64,000 nt of DNA from Octopus vulgaris. Lineage: Eukaryota. The DNA lies in contig OX597821.1 in assembly GCA_951406725.2 (NCBI GenBank), positions 57,970,001-58,034,000 on the forward strand. The letters run 5' to 3'. The notes under the pieces are model-generated. The model was given only the letters and a program-made list of their open reading frames with translations, searched no databases and was not told where the DNA came from. Position 1 is the stretch's first letter. Each line of letters opens with the position of its first letter. The translations under genes and the position numbers were made by a program. Below are positions 12,052 through 26,482 of this stretch, piece after piece.

Positions 12052-15000
12052 TATTCTAGCCATCACTCAACACCATCCTATGCTACTACCCCAGTGCACC
12101 AATTCCCCACATTGCTGTCACTAACACACAAAAAAAATCCAAGCCCCCTGCAACAGTCAAAACCAGCCACTACACTAACCTCCACATTTCTGCTCAATGC
12201 ACAAGGTGTCAGCCCTTCCATCAATGCACAAAAATGGAAGGTCCAATTCATTGAAGACTGGGTTGGTAACCATCCACACTACATCCCTTTCTTCATCCTC
12301 ACTGAGACCCACCTTGACAACTCCCATTTGGAAGCCGAAGTGAGAGTGAAGAATTTCACAACCATCCGCGCGGATCGTATCGGCAGAAGGAAGGGTGGAA
12401 CTGCCATTTTCCTGCATGATTCGTTTACGGCACATGGAAATAGCATATTCTCCAACGGCTACTGTGAATCAGTCACCGTGCACAACAAAGCCAATGACCT
12501 GACAGTAGTTGGGCTCTATAGGCCACCCCAAACACCCATACTGCGTTTTAAAGAATGCCTCAACAGCATTAAGTGCTTTATTCAACAGTGCCATTCTAGC
12601 AACCTACTCATGATGGGAGACTTCAATCTACCCTGTGCTGACTGGACTACAAACTGTTTGAAACCAAGCTCTCCCGCCTCAACCGCTGACAAAGAAGCAG
12701 TAGAGTCACTTTTCGACTTTATGAATGAGTTTTTCTTGTCCCAACTTGTCCTTGCACCAACAAACATCAGAAGAACATTTTGGACTTAGTGTTTAGTAAC
12801 CACATTAACACTATACATAACATTACAGTAGAAAAAACCCTTCTTTCAGACCATGACATGGTTCTCTGTAACATGAAATTCCACCAGCCGAAAGCTAATC
12901 CTAGTGACCTCCCTCCAGCCCACCCATTTGATAACATGGATCTCCATAATGCCAACTGGGATGCAATCAGGAACGAGCTATCACATGTTGACTGGTCTTT
13001 TACACATACACACATCTCCACCAACAATAAAACATCTTGGCAGATCTTTGTAGACACCGTCACAAACATATGTGCAAAACACTCCCCACCAAGACCTGTG
13101 AACAAAAAGTGCAGAATCCCCCAAAACAGAAAAACTATTATCAGAAAAATAAAAAGAACAAAAAAAAATTAACAAACTAAAATACTGCCAACAGCAACAC
13201 ACACATTCGACAGCTATCGCACTGCTTGAATCCAAAAAATATAACCTCCAACAATGCATGAAGACCCTCATCAATAACCAAAGATCAGTTGAGGAGAAGT
13301 GGGCCATTGAAAAAATTAAACTCAACCCCAAAGTGTTCTTTTCATTTGCGAGGAAATACAGGGTCACTGTCTCCACTGTTGGCCCTCTAATTGATGAAAA
13401 TGGCACTCTCCAAGATAATGCCAAATCCATGGCCGAGATACTGCAGAAACAATACTGCTCTGTTTTCAGCAATCCTGATATGGCCGATCTGGGCTGTATC
13501 AGTGATGTCAACCCCCAACACACTATATTGGACATAACGTTTGGTGCCCCTGATGTCTTAGCGGCGATAAACGAAATAAAACACAATTCAGCAGTAGGCC
13601 CCGATAGGTTCCCAGCTTGTGTCCTGAAAGTGTGTCGACACCAACTTGCATCTCCCCTTGCTAATCTGGGGAGAAACTCACAGTCTGTTGTCCCAGTTTT
13701 CAAAAAGGGAAACAAGTCCCTTGCAGTGAACTACCGTCCGATCTCACTCACCTCTCATATCATCAAGGTATTTGAGAGGGTGGTGAGATCTCGAATAACC
13801 CAATTTCTAGAAAGCAACAGACGGCTGATCTCTAACCAACATGGGTTCCGTAATATAAGGGACTGCCTAACGCAGCTCCTGCATCACTTTGATGACATTT
13901 TGAGAGCTTTGGGAGAGGGCTCCAACCCCGATGTCATCTACCTTGATTTCAGCAAGGCCTTCGACAGGGTTGATCACAAGATCCTATTGAAAAAACTATC
14001 CAACATTGGTGTCTCTGGAAAGTTACTGAAATGGATCAAGTGTTTCCTGACAGACAGATCTCAACATGTAGTTGAAGGAGTAAAATCAAGCCAGCCAAAG
14101 TCAGTAGTGGCGTTCCGCAAGGCACTGTGCTGGGCCCACTTCTTTTCATCATCTACATTAATGACATTAATGACATCATCAAGCACAGCAACATAAAAAT
14201 CTTTGCAGATGATTCCAAGCTCCAGAAGGTCATAAATGAGGCGAGTGACCGGACATGCCTTCAGTCAGATCTACTGGCTGTTATCCAATGGGCAGAAAAG
14301 AACAATATGCTGCTGAACGAGGATAAATTCGAGTTAATCCACTTTGGAAAAGAGGATGCCCTGAAACTCCCATACTCCCTTCCTTCAGGTGAAACACTCG
14401 TGGCATCCAACAACATCAGAGACTTGGGAGTAATTGTGGACAACAACATAAGCTGGGCCACTCATATAAACACCAAAGTTGACATGGCCCGCAGAATGTG
14501 TTCCTGGATTCTCAGAACTTTCCAGTCGAGAGATATCCACACCATTATCCTTCTCTTCTCCACTTTTGCCCGACCCCACCTTGAATACAGTTGTCCACTG
14601 TGGTCTCCCCACACAAAACAAAGTATCATAAAAGTTGAAGTCAATCACAAAAAAGATAGATGGCATGACAGGCCTCGACTATTGGGGTCGACTAGAAAAG
14701 CTAAAACTTTATTCTCTCCAACGTCGCCGTGAGCGCTACATCATCTGCATGATGTGGAAAATATTCCATCAGCATTGCCCAAATGATGTTGGCATCACCT
14801 TTAAGGTACATCCAAGGCTTGGGCCCCGTGCCATCCGCCCACAACAAAAATCGCACTCTCATCTCATAACAACAATACGGCACAATTATTTCACCTCAAT
14901 TGGCCCCGCTCTCTTTAACATTACACCAAAACACATTAAAATAGAAACAGACCCTATAGGGTTCAAGAAGTCTTTGGACAGATTCCTTCAAGAAATTCCG

Positions 15001-15160
15001 GATAAACCCCCTACATCCGGATATGTCTCTGTAAACAATAACTCTACTAGCATGGGCCATAGTGCCCAAATTCTGACTTGAAAGACTTCACCAGGTGGTG
15101 CTATTAAGTTAGACATGGCCTGGGCCAATAATGGCCGAAACCTATCAAAGTATCAAAGTA
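12052..15160 (+). mobile_element. CR1-group LINE, 5'-truncated, ORF2 (APE endonuclease plus RT) frameshifted
   Basis: ORF pieces 12094-12789 (LTETHL, GLYRPP, MGDFNLP), 13258-14196 (NYRPISLTS, QHGFR, YLDFSKAFDRVDH), 14127-14732 (LGPLLFIIYIND, FADDSK), 14635-15081 (LYSLQRRRERY); tail (tatcaaag)2 followed by TA-rich repeat. Confidence 0.92.
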
Positions 15161-15462
15161 TACATATATATACATACATATATATATATACATACATATA
15201 TATATATATACATACATATATATATATATATACATACATATATATATATACACATACATATATATATACACATACATATATATATATACACATACATATA
15301 TATATATACACATACATATATATATACACATACATACATATATATATACACATACATACATATATATTTACACATACATATATATATATATACACATACA
15401 TACATATATATTTACACATACATATATATATATATATATTATGCATATATATGTATGTATGC

Positions 15463-15511
<49 letters not shown>

Positions 15512-15917
15512 CATACATGTGTGGGGGTGTAATAATTCTAGCTGTTCTCTCAAGCATAAAACACACCAACACATTCCAGTACTCAAGCATAAGTATGCAG
15601 ATGGTTTATTTTGAAAGACAAATGCATACATACTACTCGAACGTCCTGTTGAAACATGTTTGCAAAGTATATCAAGAATGTACCAAATTATTATGTTTTG
15701 TTTATATATATATATATCGGAGATTATATGCTTGGCAAGTGATTTCATTTAATACGTTGTGTTGAAACTAAAACGATTGCAGTTGGGAAGACAAATATTA
15801 GCACTTCAAAAAACACACAAAAATGGTTAACATCACTCACACGATTCCCGCAGAATGTGTTCCTGGATTTATTTATATATTTATATATATACACGTATAT
15901 ACATGCATATATATGTG

Positions 15918-15974
<57 letters not shown>

Positions 15975-16340
15975 TTACACATATATACATATATGTAAGT
16001 GCATATATATTTACATATATGTATATTTGTATAGATGTATATATAAAGAGTGAGAAGGAGAGTAATTCATACTCTTTCACTCTTACGCTTTTTCTTCATC
16101 TCTCTCCCCCTCTCTCAATCTCTCTCTAAAAAATATGTTTCCATATATCAATATATATATATATATATATATATCTGTCTTTATACATGTACACTCTTTG
16201 CTGTGTATTTATCAAGAATCTATAAACAAAAATGTGCAGTGCAGAGCAGACACAGAAACGCCAGAACTTTGAGGGCATACCTCAACGTTCTTATACTTCA
16301 ATTTATATATAAACATTAATGTTTACATATATAACATACG

Positions 16341-16430
<90 letters not shown>

Positions 16431-16836
16431 CATATACACATAAACACGCACACATGCATGTATATGCATTAATTGGAGGAGGAAGAGGAGGAGGGGGAGA
16501 TCCCCTTCGGTCATGAATGACCATGGGATTGCACCTTACAAAGTTACCCTCTGAGGCACAAGTCCGGGCAAGGTTGTTTTCATGGAAGACCAGCAGTCGC
16601 CTATGCATACGGCCTCCCCTCTCCATGCCACCTGTGTTATCCAATTGAATGGCAAAGGGCAATGCATTTGGCACCAGTGATATCGCAACTCATTTCTACG
16701 GTTGAGTGTACTGGAGCAACGTGAAATAAAGTGTTTTGCTCAAGAACACAACACGCAGCCCGGTCCGGGAATCGAACTCACAACCTTACGATCGTAAGCT
16801 TGACGCTCTAACCACTTAGCCATGCACCTTCACAAT

Positions 16837-16959
<123 letters not shown>

Positions 16960-17076
16960 GACGATAATTTGAAACTCCGAGTACTGTTATGACAACTGAT
17001 TGTCTTAAACTATACATATATAGATAATCCCCTACTTACCTAATATCGAGGTCTCATTCTTTTGTTGTCATTTTAC

Positions 17077-17186
<110 letters not shown>

Positions 17187-17769
17187 TCTTTTACTGGTTT
17201 CAGCCCAGGGCTGAGGTTGTGCTGGTGCACCAGGCCGATATATGTGTGTGTTTGTGTATGTGTATGTATGTGTGTTTGTATATTTTGTTCGTGTGTGTGT
17301 TCAACATAGAAATACTTATGTTTACCATTAGATATGCATTCAACATTCAGACTTATAACCAAATAAATATCCTATCAAAATTTAAACACTATTTCATGAA
17401 TAGATATACGAACAGAATAACAAAATAGAAATACAGTATCTGCTTTTGTTTTTCGGGGTTTATTTCCTCTTTTAAGAAACAGATATACAAAATACAAACA
17501 CATTTTTTTTAGAAATAGACAAAACACAAACACACATTTGTGTACATAGAAAGTACACACGTTTGTTTCTAAACATATACGCACATAGAATTAAAACACG
17601 TTTGTTGACTCGCCGGTGTACATATGAAATATAAAAACATGTTTACAGCGAGATATACATTGCAAGTTCGAAGTAGATGTATATCATCTTTTGTCTTTTA
17701 CTTGTTTGTTTTGTAGGATTGTAGCCATGCTGGAGCACCGGGCTGAAGTTTTTAGTCAAACAAATCCCC

Positions 17770-17960
17770 CTGTTCTTATGTTCGTACTTATTCAGTTGAT
17801 TATGATTTTATTCAGCATATTCCCCTCTCAGGTTCACACAGTTATTGCGGTGGTCCTTTAGTTTTTCTAAGCCCTGTAAAAAAAAAACTCGGAGGTTTGG
17901 GTATCCACCCAGGTCTTTCGCGTCACCTTAAAACCAGAACCCCTCGTATGTTTACCAACA
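17770..17960 (-). mobile_element. mariner transposase 3' fragment
   Basis: Minus strand reads approximately WVDTQTSEF..GLEKLKDHRNNCVNLRGEYAE*. Confidence 0.6.
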
Positions 17961-18661
17961 TACAGACTTAGTTAGAAACAGATATACTTTCTTTTCTACT
18001 CTAGGCACAAGACCCGAAATTTGGGAGGAGGCGACCAGTCAATTAGATCGACCCCAGTACGCGAACTGGTACTTAATTTACCGACCCCGGAAAGATGAAA
18101 GGCAAAGTCAACCTCGGCGGAATTTGAACCTAGAACATAAAAACAGGCGAAATACCGTTAACCATTTCGCCTGGCGTGCTAACGTGTCTCATTTCTTTAT
18201 TGCCCACAAGGGGCTAAACACAGAGAGGACGAACGAGGACAGACAAACGGATTAAGTCAATTATATCGACCCCAGTGCGTAACTGGTACTTAATTTATCG
18301 ACCCCAAAAGGATGAAAGGCAAAGTCGATCTCGGCGGAATTTGAACTCAGACGTAACGGCAGACAAAATACCGCAAAGTATTTCGCCCGGCGTGCTAACG
18401 ATTCTGCCAGTTCGCCGCCTAAGAAACAGATAAATATTCAACACAGAATGCACATGTTTACAAAATGATGGATGTCAAATATAGAAAGGCATGTGACGGA
18501 TGTACTAAAGAAATATATATATATACGCAGGCTTATCAATCGCGGTTATATATACGTGAATTATTCACTTGATAGAATTGTTTCATATGTAAATAAATAC
18601 ATATGATTAGATACATGCATTCGATCATAAACACAATAACAAAGTAACTCAAACCACACAC

Positions 18662-18770
<109 letters not shown>

Positions 18771-18778
18771 GACAGAGT

Positions 18779-18812
<34 letters not shown>

Positions 18813-18846
18813 TAGATAGATAGAGACAGAAGACAGACAGACGGGC

Positions 18847-18931
<85 letters not shown>

Positions 18932-20306
18932 TATAAAGTTAATCCAAACTTGAAAGCACACAAAAAAACACAACAACGCGAGAACGTATATATGTATATA
19001 TACACACACATATATATACACGCATATTTGTGCACACACATAGGCAAACATAGAGGCACAAACACATACACGTGAACACACACACACGTGCACTTATTTA
19101 CGACAACACTTTGCTTTGATGCAAACGTATGTAAGAATGTGTACTAGTGTGTCTGTGTGTCTGTGTTTGTGTATGTATATGTGTATATGTGTGTGTGTGT
19201 GTGTGCGTGTGTACACATACAGATACATATATGGACATGTGCACATCAAACACTAATAATTAAAGATGTAAACACACACACACATCATGCTTAAAGCGCA
19301 CATACGTACACAGCAGGTAGACACATCGTTACGTTCGTTTCACTCTTAACTCTACTTTCACATTCACTTTCCCAATAACAATATTCTTTCTCATCCCATG
19401 AAGTTCGTGTATATACTCTTTACTTGTTTCAGTCATTTGACTGCGGCCATGCTGGAGCACCGCCTTTAGTCGAGCAAATCGACGCCGGGACTTCTTTGTA
19501 AGCCTAGTACTTATTCTATCGATCTCTTTTTGCCGAACCGCTAATTTACGGGGACGTAAACACACCAGCATCGGTTGTCAAGCAATGCTAGGGGGACAAA
19601 CACAGACACACAGACACATACACACACACACATATATACATATATACGACGGGCTTCTTTCAGTTTCCGTCTACCAAATCCACTCACAAGGCATTGGTCG
19701 GCCCGGGGCTATAGCAGAAGACACTTGCCCAAGATGCCACGCAGTGGGACTGAACCCGGAACTATGTGGTTGGTTAGCAAGCTACTTACCACACAGCCAC
19801 TCCTGCGCCTATACAGCCACTCCTGCGCCTATATATATATTTATATATGGAGGCGCGTGGCTTAGTGGTTAGGGTGTTCAACACACGATCGTATGGTTGT
19901 GGTTTCGGTTCCTGGACCGAGTGATGCAAAACACTTTATTCCACGTTGCTCCAGTCCATTCAACTAGCAAAAATGAGTAATGCAGCGATGGACCGGCGTC
20001 CCGTCCAGGTGGGGAATTTCTACGCCACTGAAACCGGGAAACCGGCCCTTATGAGCCAGGCATGGCTCGGGAAGGAACATTTATATATATGTATATATAT
20101 ATATACACTTGCATGCAAACATACGTCATGCAGGCCTTTCTACAATGTATACATATGCACGCTAGCGTTTGCATATAATTTCATCCACGTTTTACTGTAT
20201 GCGCCTTCACATTTGCACTTTAACGTGCCTGTTACTATCTGTATGCAGTTATATACACATGCATAATTGAAAACAATACTTCACGGACTAAAAGATACAT
20301 ATACAA

Positions 20307-20355
<49 letters not shown>

Positions 20356-20489
20356 CGAGAGAGAGAGAGAGCATGTGTGCGTACGTTTGTGTTCATTTGA
20401 TAAGTGCAGAAACACCAAACTCTCGTTCCTTGAATCACTCTGTAATGTCTGCAGCTTAATAATAATAATAATAATAATAATAATATATA

Positions 20490-20532
<43 letters not shown>

Positions 20533-20595
20533 GGAGAATTCACAAAAAAAACAAAAGACGAAGACAGGTGGTGTAGACAACAAACATATGTGTGC

Positions 20596-20626
<31 letters not shown>

Positions 20627-20827
20627 CGCGCACAGACATACACACTCACACCACACACGCACGCACACACTGTCTCAGATACACACACATATATATATGC
20701 GTATGTGTAAGCACACATACACACTCTTGCCACCTGTGATGCAGATACAGTGTACACATAAACGCACATGTTATATGTGTGAGTGAGAGTAGAAATGTAC
20801 GTATGCATGCATATATGTGTGTACGCG

Positions 20828-20870
<43 letters not shown>

Positions 20871-20958
20871 TTTTATTTGTTTCAGTCATTTGATGTGGCC
20901 ATGCTGGAGCACCACCTTTCTCCACCTTGTTTCACAATTTATGCGCTTACTCTGTAAC

Positions 20959-21050
<92 letters not shown>

Positions 21051-21688
21051 ACGTGTTTGTGTGCGGGCGTGAGTTTGTGCGCGCACACGTCTGAATCTAT
21101 TTCTTTTTTTAGATACGTACTGGTATAGAAGTATGTATGAATGTGTGTGTGTATATATATATATACATACACGTATTCATATACACTAATACACACACAC
21201 GTTTTCGATTACACGCACACGCACACAAGCGGCGTGCACATTTGCTTACGTTTAGCAAGAGATATAAAGAAATACAAACTCACTAATACAAACTGAATAA
21301 CAAAACTCTGGCACACACGCAACCATAGTCACATGCATTCATTCGTACATAAACATATACGCATAAATTCACACACATGCACACACCACACCGACACATA
21401 AACACACACGCACGTATACACACACACACACACACACGCACACGTACATAAGCACGCACTTTTACACGACCTCCAACACACGCGCACACGTATGTAAGCA
21501 CGTAAGCATCAACGGTTTATTTTGTAAGCAGGCAAACACGCGTACGCATTGCTGCGTGCGCATATCACACACATAATTGCAGAGTAACGTACAAAGAAAT
21601 TTTCCAGTTGATTAGAAAGCAGGACAGCTAACTAAGCGAATAAGAAGAAAGGTATTCTTCATCCGTTTAAAACAAGAACTATACTTAC

Positions 21689-21791
21689 CTGTTATAATAA
21701 AGTAACCACCAACAACGTAACTTTCACGAGCTGTCCATACGTACTCCATGTTACTGCTGTTAGCAGACGATATTTCACTGACATTTTCCAT
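21689..21791 (-). CDS. Probable first coding exon of a peropsin/RGR/retinochrome-like opsin (GPCR)
   Basis: ATG to CAG|GTAAGT, 103 nt (phase 1): MENVSEISSANSSNMEYVWTARESYVVGGYFIIT-G; N-glycosylation sequons NVS and NSS followed by a TM1 start resembling peropsin. Confidence 0.6.
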
Positions 21792-22087
21792 GTTCCAAAC
21801 GGTCGTTACTTTTTGAAATTGTTTATTTTTTTAATTAATAATAGATATCAATTTTGTTTTGTTGATCTTTCTGTTGTATTTTAACTTGAGATAGAGGTAT
21901 ATTTGATATATATATATATATATTTATATCCGTATAGATTTTTTTTTTAATTTCAAAACGTGAAGTTATTTTCGTAAAAGTAAGCGGTTTGTGATATTAA
22001 TATATGATGGTAGTGATGATCATGATGATGCCGACGACGACGATTATGATAACGATAGCGGTGATGAAAATTATATAATAATAATAA

Positions 22088-22118
<31 letters not shown>

Positions 22119-22933
22119 AAGAAGAAGAAGAAGAAGAAGAAGAAGAAGAAGAAGAAGAAGAATGATTATAATTATAATTCGTTTTTATATTTCTGTTGTA
22201 GGCACAAGGCCAGCACTTTTGCGGGGAGGGGGGTAAGTCGATTACATCGACCCTAGTGTTCAACTGGTACTTATTTTATCCTGTCTGAGGTCCCTTGTTG
22301 CTGCTACTTGATTAAAAAGTACAAACCCCCGGTAGATACAATATCTTCAATCAAAAACCTCGCGATACTGTATACCGTGTGGCGTCTATTATAACAATAA
22401 CAATAATTGTGATAATTCTTTTGAGTGGCAAATTTCAGATGGTTTGCTTTTTTTTATTATTATTATTATTATTCTTGTGCGTACGTGTTGCTTTCCTTTC
22501 GAATTTCTTTGCTCCCAAGTATAAATATAAGTTTCCTTCTTTTTTTTTTTTTTTTTGTCTTTCCTGCAACCTCGCGACTTAACTTTACACGTCCCTCATG
22601 ACTATCGTCTGCTCAGTTCTCCTCCAACTTTTCCTCTTTATTTGTCTGTCTATCTGTTTATCTCTTCATCGCAGTATTTGTCTCTACGATTTTTTACCTC
22701 TCTCTCTCTCTCTCTCTCATTCACTTTGCCTCTCTGTTATTCTCTTTCCCCTCTCATTTTCTCTTTTTCTCTGTCTTCTTTCGTTCTCTCTCTCCCTCTC
22801 TCCTTCACTTTTTCTATTTATTTATCTGATGTATTATTCCCTCTCCTTCAACTTTCTTACTTTCGTCTCTCCCTCTTCACTTCTTTCTACATGTTACACC
22901 ATTCTTCACGTATATGTGCGTGCGTGTATATAC

Positions 22934-22996
<63 letters not shown>

Positions 22997-23653
22997 TAAC
23001 TATATATATATAGTTAATCCAAACAAGAAAACACAAAAAAAAACAACAAAAAAACACAACAACGCGAGGACGTGGAACAAATAAAGTATTATTGGACGCT
23101 CAGGAAAGAAGGGAAGAAGGAATATATATATACATATGCATACACAGTGTGTGTGTGTGTATTGTGTGTATGTTCCTAATTCTATTTTGCTACAGCATTA
23201 ACTCTGTTGCGTCCCCCTTGCAAATTTTCTTTCTCCTTCTCTTAAACTGTTTCTTAGCTTAATACCTCTCTCAATCACACTCTCTCTTTCTGTGTGTGTG
23301 TCTCTCTCTCTTTCACACACGCCCCTCTTTCTCTCGCTTTCCCTCCCCTATCTCTCTTTCTCTCTCCATGCACACAGGACCCACTGACACCGCCTTACTT
23401 CCATTCTATCCTATTTTGATATTTCTCTCACACACGCACTCTTTATCTTTCACTGGCTTCTTTATTAATCTACACACACACACACACTCCCACTCTATCA
23501 CACACACACACTCCCACTCTATCACACACACACACTCCCACTATATCACACACACACACAAAAAGAAACACGCCGAAACTACTTTCTTGTTTTACTTTCA
23601 CTATCTTTTGGGCTATTCCTACTCTTCATTCTTCACCAATTTCACCTACCTAC

Positions 23654-23766
<113 letters not shown>

Positions 23767-24037
23767 CTTCTTGCAATCTATCTTCTTGCAATCAGTCTTC
23801 TTGCAATCTATCTATATATCTATCCATCTATCTATCCATCTGCCTATCTATTTATTCCTCTCTCTCTTCCCTTATGATGCTCTCACTATACATATATATA
23901 TATATATGTATGTATGTATGTATGTGTGTCTATATACCTATATTCTTGCCAGTTCATCTCCTTGTGTACCCCTTCGTCATTCTATCTATTACTCTCTCCT
24001 TATCTCTCTCCCTCTGTCTCTCACCTTAAATAAATTA

Positions 24038-24134
<97 letters not shown>

Positions 24135-24221
24135 TAAGGGCTCTCATAAATATACAAAGGTAGACAAGCAGATACGCACACACATGCAGATACATATATA
24201 TTTTTAGACAGACAGACATAT

Positions 24222-24470
<249 letters not shown>

Positions 24471-24779
24471 GACATGCACGTATGTATTTCCTTATTATAT
24501 TGTTGATCTATTTATATACATCAGCATGTTTTCGCTTCACTGAAGACTTTCGCATTACAGCGTTAGAGAGAGAAAAACTAAAAAGAAACAACAATACTTG
24601 TTCAAATTTGTTTTTAGAAAGCCTTATAGAAATATTTTTCCAAACAAATTCCAAACCCGAGTTAAGCTGTTTTGCTGTTGTTTCTTTCGTAAATATATTT
24701 GACTTATCTTGTCCTTCTATTAATTTCTTCTTTTCTTTCGGGACATCATTTTCTTTTATTCTCTCTCGATCTCATATGT

Positions 24780-24849
<70 letters not shown>

Positions 24850-25292
24850 TTTTCACACCTTCTCTCTTCCTATTTCTACACATATAGGCACACTCACAAG
24901 CAGACACAGTACACACACTCACACACACACACAAAGTTATATCTGAGTATATGAAAGGGGACAGCATATTTCGCAGGAAGGACTCAATACTTTTGGAAAG
25001 TAGAGCATGTTATAATCACGATATCTTGCGGCGGTGTGCCAGTTAAAGTGATACTTTAAAGATATTCTACGAAGTAAATTGTGAAACGAGCTTGCAGGCC
25101 AAAGTTATTATTCTCAATTATGCACCTAAACTCACACATACATATATGTGGTAAGTAGCTTGCTTATCAACCACATGGTTCCGGGTTCAGTTCCACTGCT
25201 TGGCACCTTGGCATGTATTTTTTACTATATCCTCGGGCTGACCAAAAACTTTATGGGTGGATTCGGTACACGGAAACTGAAAGAAGCTCGTC

Positions 25293-25339
<47 letters not shown>

Positions 25340-25570
25340 TGTATGTGTGTGTGTGCGTGTGTGAGTGTATGCATGTATTTATCTACTTGTGTGGGTGTGT
25401 GTGTGTGTGTGTGTGTTTCCCCGCTTTACAACCGATGCTGGTGTTTATGTCCCTGTAACTAGGCTTACAAAGAATAAGTTCTGGGGTCAATTTATTCGAC
25501 TAAAACCCTTCAAGGCGGTACTCCACCATGGCCGCAGTTATATGACTGAAACAAGTAAACGAATAAAAGA

Positions 25571-25653
<83 letters not shown>

Positions 25654-26157
25654 CATGTATACATACATACATACATACATACATACATACATACATACAT
25701 ACATACATACATACATACATAAATACATACATACATATTCATATATATGTATGTATATACCACAGTTATAGCTCCAATCGTAACTACTTTTGAGTTCCCT
25801 GCTCTTACACTAGATGTTACGGCCTGCACAAACTTTTCGGGAGACCATATAAGAATATTTTCTTCCATTAAGATTGGATAACACTACGCCTCATAGTATT
25901 TATCAGTTTTATCTGCTATGTTTGCAGAAGGATCTTTAATGTTTCCCCAGAAAAGGATGTATTTGTAGGAAGGAAAATAAATATTTCGAGGGAATACCTG
26001 AAAGTTGATAGGAAAAGGAAAAATAAACTGAAATGATACTGCATGGTGTGTGTCATTTCATATAAATATGTGTGTATATGTAGGTATGTTTGAGTGTATA
26101 TATATATGTATATATATACATACATGTATATATCTATGTATATATATATATGTATGC

Positions 26158-26220
<63 letters not shown>

Positions 26221-26419
26221 CTCTTTTACGTGTTTCACTCATGTGACTGTGGCCATGCTGGAGCGCCGCCTTTAGTCGAGCAAATCGACCCCAGGACTTA
26301 TTCTTTGTAAGCCTAGTACTTATTCTATCGTATATTTTGCCGAACCGCTAATTTACGGGGACAAACATGTTGGGGGGACAAACATAGACAATCAAACATA
26401 TACCCATATATATATATCT

Positions 26420-26482
<63 letters not shown>

